DNA of 55,860 nucleotides, counting the filler, from Sphacelaria rigidula (Eukaryota): assembly GCA_964200075.2 (NCBI GenBank). It is 6 parts of 6 records of this genome, joined end to end, with 100 filler letters (N's around TTAATTAATTAA, not from the genome) between each part and the next. Parts side by side here need not be neighbours in the genome. Positions count along the whole stretch, not along the records: positions 46,635 to 55,860 come from CAXNAA020008998.1; 5 more parts are not named here. One strand, given 5' to 3'. The notes beneath the pieces were generated by a model. It searched no databases. It was not told the origin of the DNA and saw nothing but the letters and a program-made list of their open reading frames with translations. Shown piece by piece: positions 48,785 to 55,860 of this stretch. Numbering within the stretch: position 1 is the stretch's first letter; each line of letters opens with the position of its first letter. Made by a program: the position numbers and the translations under genes.

Positions 48785-50460
48785 CTGCGGTAGTCGGGGA
48801 CGTTCGCGGCGGTAGTCATGGTGCGATATCCAAACGCACGCTGCGTACACTCGGCACGTTCAAGACTGTAAGATCCAGTACGCCGCAGACCGCACGTACG
48901 TGCAGTCGCGGCACGATACACTACAAACTGCACAGCAAAATATGAGGCGTAATAAGTAGGTGATCGACATCCACACCACCGTCTGTGTTATGACTCTCAC
49001 AACTATGTGCCTCTAATGCACTCCCTGTCCCTTCCGCCGTAGATTAGGCGTTTTGAGTTGTGAGAAAGGGATAATCCTGAACCCCAAAAGTGTAGTGTCT
49101 ACCTCAGTCTATCTACCAGCGGGGGCGTCGCCGTCGAAGGGTCAACACATTATTTTCGATCGAAGAGGTGCTGCGGAAAGGGAAAAGTTCGCTCTGGCAG
49201 GTCACGATAGGTCGCCGTTTGTGCCCACGTCATCATTATGAGTTCCTTATCTTGGAATGACGACCCACGACCTGTACGGATATAAAAATCATTATCACCG
49301 GATCGTATTATCTCTTTTTTTCCGCCGCAGACGTTTCTATCGAAAAGTAAGTGATGTGCGAAGACACCCCCTGAGAGCTATATGATAAGTGGAGCGGGAA
49401 AATGGGCTACATTCCCCTCGGTCGGTGTATCCCTGTATTGCTTGTATCGCGTTTTGTGAGTTTTCATCTAGTTTTTTTTTGGTTTTGTTCGATCAAACCC
49501 GGTACCTTATTATAGGTAGCTAGCCTGTAACCACGGAAGGCGTCCGCGTCAGATGCGCAGCACGAAAATATCGCTCAGATATCGGAACGGTTTCTATTGC
49601 GAAGACAACAACCATAATGTGTAACCTGAGATATTGCATCGGCAAACACCCCTGCCCACGGAATGGGTGAGATATGGCTGACGCCGTGCTGTTTTTCGAC
49701 GACCTCTTTGAATATATTTTGTGTAGGGCACGGCTCGTTTCCCCCTCCAACGAGACAGCTGGTAGTATGTTGGGTCCAGGTAGGCCAGACGCGCATTTTT
49801 TCGAGATCGAAACTAACCGCCGCATCGTACAGTAGGTAGGTGGTGATACTGTAGGAATATTATAGCACCCCCGTACATTTTTGCGGAGACAGGGCACGCG
49901 TGAGCTCCCGTATAAGACCCCCATTTGAACCGCCCGAAGATGTTGGCGGTAGATTCCAGCGATGTTAAATTTGACGGGTGTGCATGTCATTGTGAAATTG
50001 GCGCCAAAAGTCGCCGCAGTGAACAAGGTAGCATACACTCTTGGACAGCCAAATTCTGGCCATCCCTGGGCACACAGCACAGCTTTTCGGTTCAAGCTAC
50101 TAACGTTATGATTGATACAGGTACTGTCTGTTGCGAACAGAGGAGAACGCACTACAATGCACAGTACTACGCAACCCACGTAAATGCACTCTCCTCTGTG
50201 GTACATGGCCAGCCTAAGCAGAGTATGGCGTGCATGCTGCACTCTACAGCAACCCATGGGTAAATAACAACTGGTGAGGGAAGCAATATATCCAGATCCA
50301 GGCTAAAATGATCCCAAAGATCTCAGATCCCGGAGAACGGTTTTCATTGACTGCTGGAATTTTGGTCGCTGTACACCATGGGCTATGACTCTTGTATTCT
50401 GTCTTAGAGGTATTCTCTCGAAGCTATACCAAGTGTTCCGGTAAAATAGCAGGTGTCTAG

Positions 50461-50572
50461 GATTCAACGCAACACAGGGGTTTGAGTGACAAGCACAAGG
50501 ACCTGAGGGAATCTAACAGCACAGAGGAGGGACAGAAGGAGGAAAGCAAAGACTCATCACAAATGCAAAATG
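50461..50572 (+). CDS. Candidate exon (charged, low complexity)
   Basis: tctag| ... aatg|gtgaga; DSTQHRGLSDKHKDLRESNSTEEGQKEESKDSSQMQN; the phase-1 donor would be compatible with the 55063 exon. Confidence 0.25.
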
Positions 50573-53500
50573 GTGAGACTCCGTCCCTGTTTGATTCTGG
50601 CTGCTTACATGGCGTGCTGGCGGGGACGGGGGGCGGGGTATTTAAATTTTCAACCCAACCGAAAACCTCGAAAACCAAAATGGCTGGCCTGTGTGTGCGT
50701 GGTTTTCAATGCTGCTCAAAATTGCCTCAAGCTGGCAACTTGATTTGAAAGCTCGTGGAATTTCAAGCACAGAGTCTTTAGCAGCAGTACGGGCCACCCG
50801 TTTGCCTCTGTTGTCGTTGATGAGGCATTACCCTCGACTGAACCCCACTGTTGTACGCAAGTAGCATATTGAAGGGCAGCTGTTTTGATCAAAAGGTACC
50901 ACGCTGTTGTGAGATCGATGTCTGGCCGGATAAGAATGTTTCGTTTTTCTTTCTGGCAGGTACTGTCTGTAAAGCAAATGCCAGATATTTAATACTGTTC
51001 TGTGTTCAAAGCATCTCTGCATCGTTGTTCTTGCACACAGAGACGTACACCAGAAACCAATACAAGCAACGCGTTCGTGGTGGATTTTTCTTGAGCCAGG
51101 ACTTTTTTGTGTTATCTTGGCACGTCGCTGACTCTTGTTCAGTTCCTAGCCGCCCAAGCTGTGTTCTACAGTTGCTGTTGCCACGTGGGAGGGGGGGGAA
51201 ATAGGCTGGGGCACGCAAAAATAATCAGTACAAAAAAGCTTGGTAAGATGGGGTTGCGATTTTGCAGCCGAGAAAGGTTTGATACATTTTCGCTTCAGTT
51301 GTTACTAAAAACAGATGATAAACAAGTTCTCCCAGACAGCCTAGCAGCAGGAAGAGGCCTCTGATGATAGCATCATTGTTGGCATGTAGAGGGCCCGGCC
51401 AGCGGCTACGATCATTGGTCTGCATCGTCGTCATTGCTCACGTTGCTAGTGCTGTGAGGTGCGTCGTGTATTCGGGATGGGCCTGTTATCAATATACTGC
51501 CCATCAGGATCGCAACTGGAAAAGTGCAGCGTGTCCACTTTGTCCAGCGGTGTGCTTGTTTGCACCTTGGCCCTTAGAGACAGGCAGTGCGCGTGGAATG
51601 GTTGATAGTGTCGACTTGACTTCTCAGATCGCACACACAGCGCGGACAGCGCAGACAGCAGCTTATGTGAAGTGCACAGAGCAACACGTCTTGTATCGAA
51701 GTCCGGCAGCTTGCACGCTACTTCCTGCAGTAGCCGCATGCCCGCACGGAGAGTTAGATCAAGAAGCTTCAGGGTCGATCTAACCCTGTTGCGATTCGTT
51801 TGAGAGAGTGCGATCATCCGCAAATCAAATTTAGTCTTGGATGAGCCCCTCAGAGAAATGACAGCGAATGCCTGGCTTCCTCCGTGCACGCCTTCTTTCT
51901 CTTTACATTATTCTTCTGTAGTATCTCTGTCATATGTACTCTTTCCTCGCGTGTATGGAGTACCTTAGCTGGCCTCCACAGCTCCCCAAAGATGCCTCTC
52001 CATGGCGCTCTTACTGTAGTGTCGACAGTGACTGGTAGGTGTAGGAGTACACACTGTCGGGAAATGTGCCCCAAACGTGGTTTGCTCGGCCTAGAACAGG
52101 CCGTGGTCTCTCTGCATCCGTCTGGACGTTATTTCTCGTGTCTTGAGACTATCAGCAGCAATCTCATTGAAAAGTTGATGGACCAATTACGCCTGCCCCT
52201 GTCTCTGACAGCGCGCCACGTGCATCTGCAACTCTTAGTGTCGACAGTGTACAACGAGCGTAGGCAGTATGCCCTTTTGTACAAAAGTACTCCCTGTACA
52301 GTTCGGTCGTGCGATGTAGTGGTGTGTAACGCGACAATTCAGTGGATTTGTCTGGAAGAAACAACGCACGCGTGTGCATGCTTTTTACCTCTGGAGAACT
52401 GCACAGCACGGCCGACAAACAAGCACAAGGCTCTGCAGCAGCAAGGCTACTTGCCGTAATGATGACAATGCGCCACGTATATCCGGGGTTTCCGGTCTCT
52501 GTACCATCATTGTGCGTGCTGTTGCATCGATGTACGGTACCCGACCACACACCACTAACGTGGTCCATCAGCCCATCTTCACAAACGGGAAAAGGTCTTG
52601 TGTTGTCTGAACTGCTGGCAGTCACTACCGGTGTCTCTCATCACCACGCCATACTACTGCACGTATCGAAACACGTGCTGACGAAGTAGGAGAGTGCTCG
52701 TCCCACCATGTTGGTCACACAGTACATGTTGGTCACACAGTACAACAGTGAGCGGTAGCTCGCAAACTGTGTAGTGTACATGGTCGGTATTTCCAAGTGG
52801 TTTCCGCCACTCTGTTTAAAAATGAACCCCCTGAAGACGCAGATGGCTCCTGTTTTGTGTGATTCGTGGTCGCGATGGCCGTAAGATGCCTGGCAGGACT
52901 TCCAATATTCGAATTGTGCGCAATGTATGTGGACTCTGCACTACACAAATTAGACAGGTGCACATGAGTTGCCCATCAAGGTGACCAGCACTTCACTCTG
53001 GTGTGCCACAACTCCGGTGCCCAGGGCCAACACTACCCAATCTCGGCAGTGGTACTCCGAAAGGGTACAGCTGCTCTACGTATGTACCTCATATTGGGCT
53101 GGGGGTAGGTACAACAGTACAGTAGTAGTAGTACAACAAAAACAATACCTACTTTTTCTCGGGAATGTCTCTTGCAACGGAAGCTCTCTCTTGGGGAGAT
53201 ATCTCTCACCACCTTTCACAAGAAACCTCGCCTCGGGACAACTGGAAACATTCATCATGTGCTATTCGTCTCGGGCGTCTTGCTGTTCCTGTTCTCCTAT
53301 ATCCTCTGCCTCTTTGTACGGATTGAGAAGGGCGTGATATTTTTGTGTTTGTATGCGATCTTTGACCCCTGAGTACCCCTCAACGCCTGGCCGCTGGCAT
53401 CGCTGACGTTAGATCGTGAGGTCATGACCGCGTGCATTAAAGATTTTTTCTCGTGTGGTGCTCATTGTCCGGTGCCCTTGTCTGTGCATAACTGTCTCAC

Positions 53501-55062
53501 CTTACGCTGTAAAGCGTAGTATTCGGCGGGTGTCGGAGCTGTCATCGCGGGAATATAACTCCCTCAAAGTATATTTTGTTCCTCTTTATTTTTACTGTTG
53601 TGATCTCCGTCTTGTCCGCCAGACGGTAAAGATAGGTAAAGCTTGAAGCTTAGTCCAGCCCGTCACTGGAATCTAATGGTTGTGACCAGATTGAAACATG
53701 CTTCCATTTTTTCACTGTTCAATCGAGAAAGTAGTGCAATACATGTACTACATGCAGATGTCGTTATCCAAGTGTATGTGTGGCTTGTTTCAAGTGAACT
53801 CAGGAGCCCATATTAATTTTATTTTAGGTCTGGATTTAGCGTCCAGCTAATCGCTCGAATCTGCAGGGAATCGTCAGCTCTGGTTGCTCGCCGTTCGTAT
53901 GCAGTTTGGTCTACCAGCTCACCAGATTTTTTTCTTCCCCTCTCCTCGCCTCTCCCCCCTCCCCCCTCCTCGGGAGATGTGAACTCTTGACCTCCAAGGT
54001 GATTCATCGGGGTCTCGATATAATTTTCGAAGTGATGATGTCGATTCATCATGTGATCCACCCTGGTGGTCGGAGGGTTAAGTAGACTGCTGAGGTTAAA
54101 CGTCTGGATGAGATTCAGAGAAACTTTGTACCATGTAGTTGGTTCGGAAACACTCAACAGTCCTGTGCTGTGTATATCTAGCGACCAAGCAAAATTAATC
54201 TATACGGCAGCACGTGAGAGAACTTGGTATCTTCATGCGTCGCCTGCAATGCGCAGAGGCGCAATTCTGAAACAACGACGCCGTTTGAGGAATCTGTAGC
54301 AATTGCGACTAAGGCTGATGAACTCGGTAACACATGGAGAGCTCAAGTTTGATTACCCATGTGCCAACGGGTCTCTCTTGGTTTCACCTACTTGGAACAG
54401 CACTAAAAGTGGTTTTATACCGTAACATGTGCAATTCCTCTCCTGCCCTCCCCTCCCTCTCTCCCCCGGCGTTTTTTGGGCAGAATACGCTCTATTGGGC
54501 AACGTTTCCGACTTGCGTACCCGAAAACCCTGGGCTTTTTCGCTCTGAATTCGCTCGCTAATGGGCGCCCGAGTCTAAGGCATCATCCACGATCTTGATT
54601 GAGCAGATGGGACGATGGGACATATCTGGGCGGTCAAAACTTCGGGCGTTTTTCTACAAATACACAGCTATGGGAAACTGAGAGGGATAGAAAGGGGGAG
54701 GGGTGGTACACAGTGTAAACGGCCTTTCCCTCCCCTCATCGCTATCCTCTGTAGTGCCGTTCAGTATCCATAACCAGCTTTCCGATTTGCGTGCATCATC
54801 AACACCACTTTTTGCATGCCGAGAGCGAAATAACGCTATTAGATATGAAGGGGTATATCCACTGGACGGGACTTTTTGCGTACCTGCTTGCCCTTTTCCC
54901 CTGCCATCACCCAGTCGGCATCTTGTATCATCATCCGTCGCCCGAGATATCACTTTTGAGTTTTTTATTTTATTTTATCGGTTACCTAGAAACCCAAGAA
55001 TATCGAACATGACCCTCCGTCCCCATCGCCTGTTCACACCACCGCCTACTCCAAATTTTCAG

Positions 55063-55453
55063 GCTCCAAGTACGTCCCGCCGCACCTAAGGGGTGGTGGG
55101 GGCGAACCGGGACCTGGTCCGGCTGTCGTTGACCCGCGCGGACCTCCTCCTAGAGAGGGACCTGCACCCACTGGAGCGTGGGCCCCGCGACCAGGCCGCG
55201 GAGGCTACGATCAAGGAGGCGGCGGTGGTTTCCCGGCAGGAGGGGGAGGATACGGGGGAGGATCAGGGTACCCTCAACAAGGGAGTGGGGGGGGATATGG
55301 TGGCGGGGGGGGTTACCAGGGTGGTGGGGGGTATGGTGGCGGGGGAGGGGGTGGGTACCAGGGGAGGGGAGGGGGATTCAGCGGTGGAGGGGGGTACCAG
55401 GGGGGGGGGGGAACCGGATACGGCGGTGGGGGTGGTAGTCATGGCGGCCGAAA
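55063..55453 (+). CDS. N-terminal low-complexity exon of a probable DDX3/Ded1-like DEAD-box helicase
   Basis: ttttcag| acceptor and cgaaa|gtgagt donor. The frame is not in the ORF track: SKYVPPHLRGGGG...RPGRGGYDQGGGGGF...(GGGGYQ)n...SHGGR. Y(I/V)PPHLR is the Ded1/DDX3 N-terminal motif. Confidence 0.65.
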
Positions 55454-55860
55454 GTGAGTGCCATGTACGACGTGTTTTTCCGAGGGGGATATTGGCCGCT
55501 GTGTGTGGAGGCGTTGATCAAGTGTGTGGTCGTTTACTGTGCATGACGCAGTGTAACAGCGTACCGTGAAAAGCTGAGATATCGGACTTGTGGCAAGTAT
55601 TGCAAGATACCGTATAACTTCATACAGTCGTGTTATTCTGATCCGTGCAAATGTCCATCTTGATCTTGATTGCCGGAATCTTCACCCGTCTTGCAGAGTT
55701 TTGTGCCTTCTTCTTGTGTTTGGTGAATTCCAAGGGCCCGACACATCAATGATTCGTCTGGAAATTACTTGGTTTCAGTGTATTTGATTCGAATCGTACG
55801 AATCAATACCTAGGCTTTGTTTTCAGCGTTGCAAGCCAAGTGCACGCAGCCCAGACACGT

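Noticed and set aside
49520-54157. Several 110-245-aa ORFs in contig 6
   Set aside because: No recognisable motifs or consistent splice-phase chain; compatible with chance ORFs in intronic or intergenic DNA
55093-55569. 158-aa and 86-aa ORF-track proteins
   Set aside because: Wrong frames; the third frame gives KYVPPHLR plus Gly/Tyr repeats with proper splice sites

Overview
Eukaryotic, intron-rich and repeat-rich genomic DNA. It is most likely a brown alga (Phaeophyceae, kelp-like); this is inferred from long GT-AG introns and the repeat and LINE types, not from a marker gene. The window is not one locus. It is six unrelated contigs of 9226-9228 bp (1-9228, 9329-18555, 18656-27882, 27983-37208, 37309-46534, 46635-55860) joined by artificial 100-bp N44-TTAATTAATTAA-N44 spacers. 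Host gene pieces read by splice and phase logic are three motor-domain exons of a KCBP-like kinesin-14 (-), a probable HARP-domain exon (-), exons of a coiled-coil protein (+), and a DDX3/Ded1-like N-terminal exon (KYVPPHLR plus a Gly/Tyr-rich tract, +). Most notable is a phase-consistent 4-exon gene (29539-33562, +, about 334 aa) for a secreted block-copolymer-like protein: signal peptide, RxL motif, Lys-rich block, Ser/Asp and Asp/Phe/Tyr acidic blocks, and a (PTTAA)15 tail. This layout resembles diatom silaffins and cingulins. The rest is mostly decayed mobile DNA: an intron-containing hAT transposase, two APE-type LINE families, REL-type non-LTR fragments, several MITE and foldback families, minisatellites and a 90-bp intronic hairpin.
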